DNA of 63,261 nt, the filler included, from Circinaria calcarea (Eukaryota), in assembly GCA_051942165.1 (NCBI GenBank). It is 36 parts of 36 records of this genome, joined end to end, with 100 filler letters (N's around TTAATTAATTAA, not from the genome) between each part and the next. Parts side by side here need not be neighbours in the genome. Positions count along the whole stretch, not along the records: positions 37,098 to 38,756 come from JAVECS010004396.1; positions 38,857 to 40,515 come from JAVECS010004397.1; positions 40,616 to 42,272 come from JAVECS010004398.1; positions 42,373 to 44,028 come from JAVECS010004399.1; positions 44,129 to 45,782 come from JAVECS010004400.1; positions 45,883 to 47,534 come from JAVECS010004401.1; positions 47,635 to 49,285 come from JAVECS010004402.1; positions 49,386 to 51,035 come from JAVECS010004403.1; 28 more parts are not named here. The stretch is one strand, 5' to 3'. The position numbers and the translations under genes were made by a program. Under the pieces are notes generated by a model. That model saw only the letters and a program-made list of their open reading frames with translations. It was not told where the DNA came from and made no database searches. Shown here piece after piece: positions 37,833-51,135 of the stretch (positions are counted from its first letter, which is position 1; the number at the start of each line of letters is the position of its first letter).

Positions 37833-38756
37833 ATGGAGAGATTAACCGTTTGCGCCCAAACGCACTGCTTGGATGACGAGCTCGATTATTTCCGAACTGC
37901 TTTTGAATCACGCTGCCTAGGCTCTTCTATTAAATGCAAGTATATGTCTTTCTGTCGTCTTGTCTCATGTCCAGCTCGTTATGTTAGTTTTTTTAGGCTG
38001 GCAGCTTATTTATCCGGTCTTCTAGACTGGGACGAAGCCATTTTCAGCGCCTTCCTTGCTCGACAATTTCCCCCATGTTTCCCCCCGTTCCAGGAAGCGG
38101 CCCCCGCTTTATTCCGCTCAATAAGCTACTGCTCTGGCCTTCCATTTACCACCAGCGCCAGCCTAAGACTTACAGCCGAAACCCTTCTTCGCGCCGTGGC
38201 AATTCATATGCCCAAGAAAAACCCAATGAGCCATGGCCGACAAGTAGGCGACTGGCTTATATCTCGTAAGTGGAACATATCCGACTATCGACGTCTCCTA
38301 TTTCGTAGCCTTGCAAACCCAGTATCCACCTTCCTTTCTCCACCATGTCATCCGCCAATCACAGATCTTGACCCAAACGCAGAGGGTGGCAGTGAGGATT
38401 TCTACCTTGATGTCAGTGGCGAGGAGCCAGGGATGACGGACCTCCTGGACGCACTCTCCGGAGCGCATCCCAGACAGGGAGGGAGGCATGCAGTAGTTCC
38501 TCGTACGTTTTACCGGTCAATAGGCGAAACTCTGCCTCATACGCGACCCTCACTGGACCAAATGCGGCTCCCCCGAGAAGAATGGTTTGCCATCATCAAA
38601 TTAGGGCTAACCATGAAGCTCGGACTTGGGCCCAGCCCGCATACGGATCGGTTCCTCGGGCATCTTTCGGAACTAAACACCAGTGCAACGTGCATCCTCC
38701 AAGCGTTCGTTGATGCAGACGAAGAGGGTTTGAGCTGGGATAATTGGGAATGGGTT
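37833..38756 (+). CDS. Hypothetical protein resembling the N-terminal region of Rtc5/TLDc-associated proteins; probable early intron; 3' truncated
   Basis: EL-YFR-AF, P-LFRSISY-SGLPF, LT-E-LLRAVA, DYRRLLFRSLA. Confidence 0.5.
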
Positions 38757-38856
38757 NNNNNNNNNNNNNNNNNNNNNNNNNNNNNNNNNNNNNNNNNNNN
38801 TTAATTAATTAANNNNNNNNNNNNNNNNNNNNNNNNNNNNNNNNNNNNNNNNNNNN

Positions 38857-39422
38857 GACGGTGCCATAGCGTTCGGCCATTTCACGCATTGGTGTGTGAC
38901 CACAAATGAATTGGCCGGGGGAGACCTCTATTTCTAGTTGCTGACTTAGCTGTAGACAACGTTCCTCTTCGGTTTTGCCGCCGCCATTTGTCACGAAAAT
39001 ATATGGACTGCATATGTTAGCGATAATTCAGGTTCATAGCCGGTAAAATAATCTTACACCTTGATTCCCCATTCGTTGTGCCCGTTAAGCATCTTCATTG
39101 CTTCCAGTGCTTCGGGAATTGGCTTTCCTCCGCGTATCAGCACCCCATCGATATCGAACGCAAAGGCGTATTTATCTGTGACGGCTGTTATTGGAGGTGT
39201 GGTGGGCGTGGTTTGGCCGGAGCTGAGTTCGTTGATGTGATGCTTTGTCATTTCCATGGCGGCAGCAGTCTCATGAGCATCACTAGGTGCCATCATATGT
39301 TTCGGAGGTACAACCACGGTTGGTCCGGTAATTAGGTCTTCACGGGTGGCAGTCATGGAAGAGAGCCGACGGATGCCTGGCCGCGAAGGCGTGGGGATGA
39401 GAAATTGACCTGCACTCGTCAT
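38857..39422 (-). CDS. HAD-superfamily IIA hydrolase (CECR5/YKR070W-like), one intron, 3' truncated
   Basis: AFAFDIDGVLIRGG motif I, PYIFVTNGGG motif II, GHTPM. Confidence 0.92.
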
Positions 39423-40834
39423 GTTTGCGGTTTGAAGGTGAATGAAGCTGGTGAAGAGATAACGATGGAGGCAGTCGTCAAGGAGATTTTATTTAGAGTG
39501 ACGAACAAATATCTATGGGCACTGTTTAGGGAACCATACCAAGACGTGGTACTTGTCAGCGCCGAGTAGAAACAGTTGAGTCGATCTAAGAGAGAGGAAA
39601 AGAGAGTGAGAGTGTGGAAGATTTCATAATAAATCGGGGTTGAGCCGAGAAGAGCGGAGCCATCTGGAGAACAATTGAGGATCCGAGCTTATGTGTTTGG
39701 GAATGGATTGTTTTACGAGCAAGAGTAAGTCTTTTAACCAACTGACACCCTCATTGCAGATACCCACACGCATTTCGGTAGCTAGTTGTGCTGAGTTGTC
39801 TAGCATTACTCCTAGTTATCCTCCCCAACGCCCCACTAACGGTTGGGTTCACCAACGGTAATTTTGGAGACTCCGAGTTGTCCCTATCATAAGAGTATGG
39901 ACCATTCATTGCTCCGCCGACAAAGTGGTGGTTCTTATATAGAAGATCGGATAATGATGGGTTAAAGGGTATCGTTGTCGGACATAAGGCGAGAATGGAG
40001 GATAAGCTGCAGTGGCAACAGTGTGATCCTACCACAGTCAACCCTAAGCTTAGTAAACAGAAGCCTTTCGGCCAACCGAGCACTTTTAGGTAAGCTAGGG
40101 CCATGATTTAGGTCGATGGTAGAGATTTTTTTCTTTCAAAGTCAAAGGCAGAAACGCCACTACCTATATTCTCAGGAGCCTGCTCTTAAAGGAGCCAATG
40201 GCTAAGGTACTTGGAAATTTGCGAGTTTCCATACCCTAATATATATATGTACACTACATGTACTGGTGGAGCTCTACCGTGCTGACTAGGCCATCCGTTT
40301 GTCAAGGCACTGTGCCAGCCCATGAAAACAATTCAACCCAGACCTCGACCTACCCTAACTTATCATCAAACGACGATAGGTAGAGCAAAGCATATTTGCT
40401 TTCGGTCGGGGCACAGGAAGAACAATTCTGTTAGGCTGGAATTGACCTTGCTAAGGCACTTCGTACATGTACATACATGCAGGTGGTTTATCACAAGAGC
40501 CACTGTCCGGAGAATNNNNNNNNNNNNNNNNNNNNNNNNNNNNNNNNNNNNNNNNNNNNTTAATTAATTAANNNNNNNNNNNNNNNNNNNNNNNNNNNNN
40601 NNNNNNNNNNNNNNNCGGATAGCCGTATCGTTATTTTTTGTTTCCCCCCGGGTTCCCCCGGCGGGAAACAAAAAATAACGATACGGCTATCCGTTCACGC
40701 CTGCGCTCATAAACGTCCGTTGAAATTGGTAAAATGGTAAAATGGTAAAATGGTAAAATGGTAAAAATGGAGCGTTGTAGGGTTGTAGGTGTTGTAGAGG
40801 TTATTTTTGTTTTTGTTTTTTTGGGTGGGGTAAA

Positions 40835-40920
40835 GGGAAAAGGGAAAAGGGAAAAGGGAAAAGGGAAAAGGGAAAAGGGAAAAGGGAAAAGGGAAAAGGG
40901 AAAAGGGAAAAGGGAAAAGG
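40835..40920 (+). repeat. (GGGAAAA)x~12 polypurine tandem repeat, with (TGGTAAAA)n and (ATATGAGG)n nearby
   Basis: Direct inspection. Confidence 0.9.
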
Positions 40921-41183
40921 ATATGAGGATATGAGGATATGAGGATGGGGGTTTTGAGGTAGGGATAGGTATAGGGATAGGGAGAGGTGGGAGCACTAGA
41001 CCAGGGTTCAGGGTTAACGGATAAAGGGGGGAAATGGAAGGACAGGGAAGAAAGGGGATGGTTAGGGATTGGTTTAGGGGGGGGGTTTTTTGGTTACTTA
41101 ACGGAGAAGAAATTTGTTTTTCAAAGGGATGAGATGAGAACTACTGGTTTTTACTCAGGACGCGCGTTTTTTTTTGGCTACCT

Positions 41184-42271
41184 TCATTCCCTCACTTCCC
41201 ACACCAACGGCACGCTCTGCGGCTTTTCCATCTGCAGTGAAATGGCAAAGATGCCCGATTCATCCGCCATCTTCAGCAATCGCTCCCTAGTCTGCAACGC
41301 GCTCTCACCCGGCAAAGACATAGGCCGCACCCTGTGCTTGTGAAACAGCATCGCCATCACGGCGACAAATTCCACTTGAGCGAATTTTCGCCCGAGACAG
41401 GCGCGTGGTCCCTCGGCCCAGGGGACAAAAGTCCCTTTGGCCGGTTCGAAAAAGATTTCGGATTCCGAGTTGGAGTTGGTAGGGTGGTCGTTGTGGGAGG
41501 GCGTGAGCCAGCGTTCCGGGCGCCATTCAAGAGCGTCGGGACCCCAGATTGAGGGATTAGTGTGGAGGGCTTCGGAATTGGCGGTGACCCATGTCTCGGG
41601 CGGGAGCAGATACTCTTTATTCTTAATGGTGAGGGTTTGTGCATGTGAGCCGGTGGATTTGGGAATGAAGACTACGGAGCCGTAGAGGCGGAGGGTTTCG
41701 AACTTGAGACTTTGTTAGTTGATATGCAACTGATACCTGAAATGGGGAATATACTAATGTAGCAAGACATCTTTTCAACTTGGGGAACGCCGACTCGTAT
41801 TCCCAACTTTCTATGTTCTGCTGATCACCGAATACACTGTTGATCTCCTCTGCTAACCATTCCTGGCGTTCGGGGAAGGCGGCTAGGAGTACAATGGCAT
41901 AGGCTACGGCATTGGCAGTGGTATCGTGTCCAGCCAGGTTATACATGAAGATGTTTCCAAAGATCTCGTCGTCAGCAAGCCCTTTGTTAGGACCCCCGAC
42001 TGCGTTTGCTTCCTTGGCTTCTTCCGAAGCTCGTACCAACGCACTCATCAAGTTGTCGGTTCCGGACTCTTGTTTGAGGATGAGTTGCCGCTCCCTCGCC
42101 AGCATTTCCTCCATGTACCTCTTGAAGTCAAGAGTGGCATGTCCGAGATCACGGAGTTTTTTGGGGACGAACGAGGACCTTAGAATCTTCCGGGGAAAGA
42201 TCACGAGGAGTGTGATGTTTCGGAGAATCAACTGGAGTGCATCACGATAGGTCATGGTATATCCAGGCCGT
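41184..42271 (-). CDS. Cytochrome P450 monooxygenase, 5' truncated, intron 41703-41754
   Basis: AGHDTTA I-helix, ETLR, WRPERW, heme motif WAEGPRACLG. Confidence 0.93.
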
Positions 42272-42503
42272 ANNNNNNNNNNNNNNNNNNNNNNNNNNNN
42301 NNNNNNNNNNNNNNNNTTAATTAATTAANNNNNNNNNNNNNNNNNNNNNNNNNNNNNNNNNNNNNNNNNNNNATTCATGACAGTTGATCAACAGACCTGA
42401 GGCTGGCACCTAGGTTCGCGCAAGTTGCATTGTCTGCTGCCAGCTCTCAATCGATCGTTTCTTTTATAGCATCGAGCTACTATCATAAGGGTGCAGCGCA
42501 ACA

Positions 42504-44028
42504 ATGACGGTCAATGGAAATTATCAACCCATTGCCGAAAACAGCCCGTTGCTGGAGCATTTCCCTGCAGCTCCTGATCTCGAGCCGCGGCCTCGAGCAA
42601 AAGATTTGCACAACCGGGTCATCTTCCTCGTGCTCTTACTAGTCGTCGCTGTTGATATCCCGTCTGTGCTTCAATCGGCGCCGAGAACGCGCTTCTTCGA
42701 GATTATCTACTGCCGCCGATTCTACGAAAAGTTTGACCCCAGTCTCATTGGTGGTAATGGCGTGGTGGAAGAGCAGTACTGCAAGAGAGATTCGATACAG
42801 GCTCAGGTGGCTTTCTTGAAGGGATGGTTGACTTTCTTCGACCATCTACCCGGTATGTGAATTCTGCGGGAGAGATGAAAGTAGGGAACTAACGGTGTGC
42901 ACAGGTCTTTTCCTAGCGATACCTTTTGGGATGCTTGCGGACAAATATGGAAGGAAATGGCTATTGGTCATGAACTTGGCTAGCCTTTGGCTTCAGGCAG
43001 CTTGGTTATACCTGGTTTGTGAGTATGGTTTTTCTTCGAAAACCTCCTCAAGTGTGGAAACCGAGATATATATCTGTCAACTCATCGGACAATGCCGCTG
43101 TAAAATGGGTTTGAATTTTAGTTCTGCTATATCTCAAAGAGCCTCCCATGTACACTCTCATTCTCGCACCGTGCGCTAATATAATGTTATCGCGCTCGAT
43201 GATTCAATGTTTATTTAGCGTAAAGCTCTTCGTTCTATCAAACCGATGGTTTTCTTTCACTAATGCGACCTTGTTTAGGTACATTTCCAGGAAAGATTCC
43301 CGTTCGGGCAGCTTGGCTTCAAGGGGCCTTTCAAATTTTCGGGGGTGGTGGGCTGGTTGCAACAGCCTTGTTATTCGTTATAGTTAACGACGTTACCCCC
43401 CAATCCAAATCGTAAGTTGTCGTGTTTCTAGTTCTATATAAACCCAATTACTGATTCTCATTAGATCAAGCATTTTCTTCCGTATCGGTGCCGCGAACAT
43501 GCTTTGCTACTTTATCTCTCCCCCGTTGAGTGGGTACCTCATGGAAAAAGATCCTTGGATCCCTCTAGCTCTAGGATTCGGTCTCCAATTTCTGTCGGTA
43601 CCGATTACATTCCTTATTCCTGAAACGCTAGGCGCTCGAAAGGAAGACGATGAAACCATTGATCTGGATGAAATGCACAAAGATCCCTCGACACCAAATC
43701 CGTCCTCCTTGGACCTCCCAAAACATGGCGTTTTTAATGTTTCCCGGACGCTTCTCATCTCCTTCGTCAAGGACTCTGCTACCCTCTTCAAGGATTGGCG
43801 CGTCCTATTCTTCATGGCGATTTACCCCTTCCGTATGGCATGCGGTACCCTCGACAGTTTCTTAATCCAATACGTCCCCAAGCGCTACCACTGGACCTTC
43901 GCCCAGACAAACTATATATGGTCCATCCAGTCTGGGGTATCAATGCTGACTCTCATCTTCATTCTCCCCACTATGGCTTCCTACCTCTTGAATAAGAAAT
44001 CTTACAGCGCCACCAGGAAAGATCTCTT
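42504..44028 (+). CDS. MFS transporter (SLC46-like fungal efflux pump), three introns, 3' truncated
   Basis: E-IYC-RFY...EQYCK.DSIQAQVAFLKGW, GMLADKYGRK, LIPETL, QYVPKRYHWT. Confidence 0.88.
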
Positions 44029-45253
44029 NNNNNNNNNNNNNNNNNNNNNNNNNNNNNNNNNNNNNNNNNNNNTTAATTAATTAANNNNNNNNNNNNNNNN
44101 NNNNNNNNNNNNNNNNNNNNNNNNNNNNCCACAAAGACCGAACCCCCTTAAAACCACATGTCCAAACTGGGCTCAGCGATGCAATATAATCGGGGCGCAA
44201 GGATACTCACACGGTCCTTTTCCTTCTCTCAACAGAGAACAACAAGCGACCAAATGCCTATGCACAGACTTAGATTCCATTCCCAAACCCGGACCATCGG
44301 CGTTCCAAAAACAAACCCCCCACCACGATTTTACCGTTATTTCTTTCTTTCTTAACTTTCAAGAAACCCTCGGCAAAAAACGCGGCCATAACTCGCCTTC
44401 CCAGTGGCGCAATTGGGTCCAGCTCCGACGGTTCCCGGCAGGAGACGTGGGCGGATAGAAAGGGAAAAGGTTAACGGGGTTCCCGCTGCTTACTTTTTCA
44501 AAAACCGGATATTACCGTACCGGAGCGGCAAGGTACAAAGGATAGATGTATTCCCGTTACGTCCGCGGAAAAAAAACGACTACGGTTCAAAACTTCTCCA
44601 AGGAAAAAGGGGAAAAGGTGCAAAAACTTTCGCGTTTTCTGAGGAGTAGCCAGAGGCCCGTGGAGAACGGACGACGAGGTGGAAGGGGAGGGAGCATGGC
44701 TCCGTCTGGATGGTGTCGTTTCATCGATCAACTCGGAGTTCGGTTAGCTACTAGCATTCGTTTACCCGTTCCCGAACGTCCGAGTTCAAATAAAGGGGGA
44801 AAGGGTTTGTGGTGATTTGTAATTATTGTATTATTGGTAGTAAGAGAGGTAAATTGCTATGAGGATGAGTTTACATAAAAACACTATGCTGTAAAGATCT
44901 TCGCTGGCTTTTTTCCTCTAATCCCTCCTTTTGTTTTTCCAATGCGGCGCTCTCTTTTCAATCGCCTGGATTGCCAAAAGTAAACCACGGCCCCCCGGGC
45001 CATGAGTAAATAGATCCCCGTCCACGCCCTTTTTTCTAAACCGGCCCCATTTCCTCTCATACGCCAGTGCTTCTTCTTTCACATACACCTTTACCTTTAT
45101 TCTCTTTGCATAATTCCCTTGCCCAGAAAACAACGGTAGTATACATCTTCCCTCAAACCCATTCGTTCCCAGCACTCCCCCTTTTACTTTCTATGTACAG
45201 ACCTCACAACCCATCCCCACCACTAAAGCCACACTCTTACATGACATCAATAC

Positions 45254-45782
45254 TCACCTTTCCCTCTCCTGTTCCCACCTCTTTTCTTCCCGGTAGGGCA
45301 CGCTATACCCCCTCCCCCTCCCTTCATATTGCCTTTCTAACATAGCATTCAACATGACCGGATCGCTGCCAGTAGGGATTCGATTGGTTTCCGGGTAGGG
45401 AGCAAGTATCGGTGCGCTCCTTTGCCCGTAAATGTTTCGATCATCGTGGGCTCTCCTTTCCATGTTCAAGGGATGGAAAATCCCCGATTCGTCCATGGTC
45501 TCGGCTTGGAACGACTGATCGCGGTCATGACGGTTGTCGTCGTCATGCATTTGGACATCGTCCGCCATCTCATCATTGTTACGTCTACGACTGCTGCGGC
45601 GAGATTCGTTCCCCACTTCTAGGAGTTGCTGTTCGCGCTCTCGGTTTCTTTGCCTTGCATCCTTGAAGATGACTGGCTCGTCGAATTGGCCAAATTGAAC
45701 GTGACTGGTGGGACCGAATTCGGCTATGCCGAGGCCATGACCCTCGTCAATCATCATACCGGGACCAGAGCTACCGCGAGAC
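45254..45782 (-). CDS. C-terminal continuation of the disordered protein at 51136-52785 (true 3' end uncertain in low-quality sequence)
   Basis: 45671-45782 is the exact reverse complement of 52674-52785, in the same reading frame (MMIDEGHGLG...DEPV). Confidence 0.75.
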
Positions 45783-46595
45783 NNNNNNNNNNNNNNNNNN
45801 NNNNNNNNNNNNNNNNNNNNNNNNNNTTAATTAATTAANNNNNNNNNNNNNNNNNNNNNNNNNNNNNNNNNNNNNNNNNNNNAAGAATGGATATGATCAA
45901 ATTTCAAATTTTTGCGGGAAAAAAAACAAAACTTCATCAGCACGGGTGTGTGCGTGGCAGCGCGTGGTCTTTTTGAGGTTAGAGGGGGGGGGGGAAAGGA
46001 AAAAGGTAAAGTGAAAGTGAAAGTGAAAGGGAACATGGGACAAGGGAAAAAGGGACAAGGGTAAAAGGGAAGGAAGGGAATACTAGGGAGGAGAGATGGG
46101 GATATGGATGGCTGAGGATTGTGATATAGAGTGGAGTAGAGATGAGATTAACATTAGGGGGGGGGGAAACCCAGGACGTAGGAAAAAATCCCATCATTGT
46201 GCTGTTTGGGGAGATATAAGACGATTGTTTGGAAAAAGTAGAACGGCAGAGTTTTACAAAGAAGCTGTAGCGATAGAACAGCACCGTTGTGCAACATCTT
46301 CTTTTCACGGAGTTGCTTTTCCAAGGCGGAAAAGCTAAAAGTTCCAGCCGTTGGTTGATTAATAGAGTTCTAGGGTAACTGACATCTCTATGTACATTTT
46401 GGGGTGTGTAAAAAAGGAAAAGACTTTTTGGTTCATCAGGGTAGGCACCTTTAGTGCTCATCTTGTCTAGAATTAGTCGTCTAGCGGTCCGCAGAGAGTG
46501 CTTTTTAGTAAGATTCCCAGAATCAGAACTGAATAGATCGAGAGGTTGGGATGAGCCGCACGGGATCAAGGGAATCCTGGGTTTTTTTTTTGGAA

Positions 46596-47534
46596 TCACA
46601 AGCGATTGGAGAATGCGAGATGACAGTCATCCTAGAAATTCATTAAGTTGCATCTACTGTGGTTGGAATTGTACAAATAACTTACCTGAGGAAAGATTGT
46701 TGCAAACACCTTAATATCCTCTGAAAGTGACGTGACTTGGTGTTTCCAATCGAAATGCATGCTGGCCTTGCCGATCATCCCCATGAGGTTCAGTTGCGCA
46801 TAAGTCTGCCCGAGGCAGTAATGTGGCCCAGTACCGAAGACAAGCCAGTTCTTTGTCATCTTCTCGGCATCTCCAGTAATCCAACGATCGGGATCAAACG
46901 AATCAGGGTTTGGATAGGCCACCGGGTCGTGAAGGGCGGGGTATACCGAAGGCACTATCATCGATCCTTTGGGGGCAGTAAAACTGTCCGACACGGGGAA
47001 ATCTTTCTTGACAAGGTAGGGAACCATAATGACTGGTGGTCTGTAGCGAAGAGTCTCTTTGACGACCGCGCGAGTAAAGGTCATCTTCTCCAGCATATCC
47101 ATGCTGAATCGAACATCCCGATCGCCATTCCGGACTTTCAGATTCTCTTCACGTACCCTATCGAGGAGTTCGGGACGGTCGGCCATCAGTTGAAAGAGCC
47201 AAGTCGATGCACTACTAGTGGCATCCTGTGACGCGAAGAGGAAGGTAAACAATGTCATTGAGATCTCGAAATCAGAAAATTCGCGGAGCACCTGTGCAGG
47301 TTTTTCAGACTGATCAACTGCAATTCCCTTTGCAATCTTTTGTCTATACTTCTCCGAATCTTGCATTTGCTTAACCCAGGCGTCCATTATGCACGTGATG
47401 TCGCCGCCAGCGGCCATCCTGACCTTACTTTTCGCGGCGCATTGAGAAAACTCATCTAATACCATATCGGCAGCCTTCTTGCCGTACCAGGATTTGGTGA
47501 ACGGAAGAATAATGGGAAAGTTAACGAGCTCTAG
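46596..47534 (-). CDS. ERG5: Sterol C-22 desaturase (CYP61), 5' truncated, last intron ~46632-46685
   Basis: LELVNFPIILP, FTFLFASQDAT, KETLRYRPPVIMVPY, FGTGPHYCLG, IKVFATIFPQ|DDC. Confidence 0.96.
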
Positions 47535-47670
47535 NNNNNNNNNNNNNNNNNNNNNNNNNNNNNNNNNNNNNNNNNNNNTTAATTAATTAANNNNNNNNNN
47601 NNNNNNNNNNNNNNNNNNNNNNNNNNNNNNNNNNTCAGCCGAAGTCATTGGCTTCTGTCCATGATCGTAC

Positions 47671-47726
47671 CTAGTGAAGACATGCTGAGTGCTCGCTGGC
47701 GCGGGCTTTGAGCTGCCTTGGCCCAT
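47671..47726 (-). CDS. MIC19: First exon of a probable MICOS subunit Mic19
   Basis: MGQGSSKP...QHVFT followed by a GTACGA donor; MGxxxS myristoylation motif. Confidence 0.55.
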
Positions 47727-48709
47727 CTTGAGAGGTTGTGCAGCTATCGAACTGCCAGACGCGAACAAAGTTAAAATTGAGTTCTTGGCAATTGGTGAGG
47801 CCCCTCGGCTAAAATAGCCTAGGCTGGCGCCGAACTTCCACACCCGATCAGTACTCGCTTTCTCTTACTATGGTACTACACTGTAAAACATTCTGTTTTA
47901 CAGAGAAAACCCGTGGTAAACACGCAGATTGATAGTCCTAAGCGACAGGGGGAGATGCGCAATGCGTTAGCCCACGAAAAGACATAAATTTTGTTTTCTC
48001 TTCCTTCGTCATACTTCAGGTTCAGGTGGCATACTCAAGCTAGTTACGTCCTGCTATGATGATTGTACAGGCTCTTTTAACATCACTTGGTTTTGATACG
48101 CACGAACGCTGGACTTGTGTCGATGATTACGGCGGTATGTCCGCACTGGTACTTACTGTGGGAGCCACAGCTTTTGCCAAGCTCACCCCGCATTCATGGT
48201 ACAGACCCCGCGTGGTCCGGAAGATAGATCTTCGATTGGGAAGCCCTCCATTGGTGTATTATCTCATTATAGTGCACCGACTTTTTACCTTCTACAAGAG
48301 TTGGCGCTATTCGAACGAGTTCCGAGGCTTGTATCTTATGCTTTAATCCCGCCTGCCGCCGCTGGCTTGTTCCATTCTATAGGTCGCAGCATTGGCGGGC
48401 TTCGCAACACAAGTTCCTCCTTCCGTCGAGGCTACTTCTCCCGTTCCATTATCCTGTCCTCGTACCTCATTCACACTGTCCTCGGGTATTTGCAGGACGT
48501 CGAATTTCACCACTGCGAAGCTCTTATCCTTTGCAGTTCTCTTTGTGGTCGTAGCCGTGCAATTCTTCCGGCCATCATCTTTAGCGTTTGACTGGCAAAG
48601 CCCAACTGATCTGGCAGAGCAAGCCACCAAAACCAGAAACGCCAGTGCGGCTGTTTGTGAAAACTCCAGTCAATTTCTGTACGACCTACCGATCTCACGA
48701 CCCCAGAAA

Positions 48710-49285
48710 ATGTCTCTACTGCGAGAAGCCGAACAGGTGGCTGCCGAGTTTGACTTTCCAGCAAAGCAAGTCAATGATGGAGTCAAGGAGTTCATTAAGC
48801 AGATGGGTGAGTGTCGCACCATCACTATGTCTGACCGAGCAAAACTGCTGACACCAAGTTCTACAGAGGAGGGCCTCCAGAAGGAGGGAGCTACGATGAG
48901 CCAGATCCCAACTTACGTAACGGCAGTACCGAATGGTACGGAAAAGGTGAACCTGTCTTATTAGCTTGGAAGTTCCATGCTTACCTAGGTCATCTAGGGT
49001 CTGTACCTGGCAGTCGATTTAGGCGGTACAAACTTCCGCGTCTGCTCTGTTCAGCTTCACGGCAATACAACGGTTACTTTGACCCAGTCGAAAGTCGCCA
49101 TACCCCGAGAATTAATGGTTGCCAAAACTGCAAAAGAGCTGTTTTCATTCCTTGCTAAACAAATTGAAACCTTCCTCAAGACTCACCATAATGATCACTT
49201 CGAAGCGCACATTCGTCGGAGGAAGACGATGGGTACAGCAGGAGGATACAGAGAAGAGCATATTTTCCGGCTTGGCTTCACCTTC
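48710..49285 (+). CDS. GLK1: Glucokinase (hexokinase family), two introns, 3' truncated
   Basis: MSQIPTYVTAVPNGTEK|GLYLAVDLGGTNFRVCSV, LGFTF. Confidence 0.9.
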
Positions 49286-50748
49286 NNNNNNNNNNNNNNN
49301 NNNNNNNNNNNNNNNNNNNNNNNNNNNNNTTAATTAATTAANNNNNNNNNNNNNNNNNNNNNNNNNNNNNNNNNNNNNNNNNNNNGGTCGAGTGAGTTAG
49401 AGTTGAGTTGGCGGGAAATGGCTCACGGTAGGGAAAGGGGTGCTACCGTTTCGAGGGTGGAGGCCGCACGGTGGTTTGAGAACCGAGGGAGTTTTGTGGT
49501 GATCGGTGGTGTGGTGGTTGGTGGAAAGTAATCAATGTTGTCGTGGATATTGTTGTTTGAGAATGGATAAGGAAGGGGAGATTTGCCGGTTGCGTTACGA
49601 AACTATTGGACCGTAACTGAAGCGGAAGCTCAACTTTGCTGTATTGTCGTCGTGGAGACGAAAAATAGAGGTTATTTTGGGGGGGGGGGGATTAAACAAG
49701 CAGTTACCGCTTATCAACCGTTCCAAACTAAGACCATGCCTGGTATTTCGGATAAATAAGATAAAAAGTTTGACCAAATTAAAAAGCACACTACTCCCTC
49801 CTCGAAGTCAAACCCCTGACCCGATTGGGAAAATTGCAAAAGATGAACGATCCGGAGAGAGTCACCGAAACTCACCCCCGGTGTCGATTGGGTTGGTTTG
49901 CAGTCCTAAATTCCCATTCTCCCCCAAGCAGGACATAACCTTGCTAGGGGGCTTGAGAATAATAGTGGTCCGTGGTTAGCAATGACTCGATTATAACCAG
50001 GGAGGGAGGCTGTTTTTCTCGCCCCCTCCTGGAGTTGCCATGACTCGCGGTAGCGAAAGGGGAAATTTTTAACCGCTAAGCCACTTATTACTTAAGAGAA
50101 TAGGGTTCAATTGTGATAGATAGAGACGTGAGTGCCGTTGACACCGACCTCCGACGGCGCTCCTACCTTAGATCCGTCCGGACAAGATAAGATTGCGAGA
50201 GAACTCCTCAGGGCACGTCGTAGCCTTCGCTTTTCTTTATACAAGAGTCCAAGCAATTTCAGGTGATTCTCACTAATATCGAAAACACAACCCAAAAGGT
50301 CGGAAAGTACCCGAGGTAACCAGTATACACGGATTCGGTGATTCGCAAGCATATGTTGAATAACATACAGTATTGACAAGCAGTATATAGTACTCTGAAG
50401 CGATTGATTACACCGTCTTATCAACAGGCATTTCCATTGCTTGCTACTACAAGTTTTTTTTAAACACTTACACACAGGGAATTGTGCACACATCACAAAG
50501 GAGACAGCTCAACAGCTGTTTACTTATACCAGGGCTGTACAATCGTTTGATACTTTACAATAGGATTCAATAAGGCGGTTTTTTAATTGGGAGAGTTAAA
50601 GATTTCTCCATGCTCTATATCATTGTGGATGCCATGTCCAAAGGGTGAGGTCGAGGTCCGAGCTCGGAGAAACGGAGCAGCCGCCGTGTGTGCCGTTAAC
50701 CAACGTGCCAGCCCCCTGCGTGTGACGTACGAAACGAGCGTTGTCGGG

Positions 50749-50754
50749 CCTCGG
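50749..50754 (+). promoter_or_regulatory. CCTCGG, candidate FarA/FarB (CTF1) fatty-acid response element; further CCGAGG copies at 50311 and 49483
   Basis: Exact hexamer about 110 bp upstream of the carnitine carrier ATG. Confidence 0.5.
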
Positions 50755-50862
50755 CTTTTTAAAAAGTTGTCTAATACCAAAGTGAGCTGTTGTCGCATTC
50801 ACCGTGTCTTTCCCTTCCTTCCTTCCTGTCTTCTTTCCTGTATTTCTTAGAGTTCTCCTGCA

Positions 50863-51035
50863 ATGTCTTCCTCTTCATCTTCTACCTCCTCCACTCCCAG
50901 CCTCCCCTCCGCAGAAGAAGTCAAATCCGAAGTCATTGAAGCCACAAAATCTACCGTCTCAAGTCTACGCTCCCTTGCAGCAGGAGGGGTGGGAGGAGTA
51001 TGTGCGGTAGTAGTGGGGCATCCGTTTGACTTGGT
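50863..51035 (+). CDS. acuH: Mitochondrial carnitine/acylcarnitine carrier, N-terminus
   Basis: LRSLAAGGVGGVCAVVVGHPFDLV, the first solcar motif typical of Crc1/AcuH. Confidence 0.8.
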
Positions 51036-51135
51036 NNNNNNNNNNNNNNNNNNNNNNNNNNNNNNNNNNNNNNNNNNNNTTAATTAATTAANNNNNNNNN
51101 NNNNNNNNNNNNNNNNNNNNNNNNNNNNNNNNNNN

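Noticed and set aside
41184..47534. Secondary-metabolite cluster (P450 + MFS + P450)
   Set aside because: The genes are on separate contigs joined artificially, and the second P450 is housekeeping ERG5.
48392..48709. Membrane-anchored N-terminal extension on glucokinase
   Set aside because: The upstream frame begins at TTG with no in-frame ATG. AAA-ATG at 48710 matches the usual glucokinase start.
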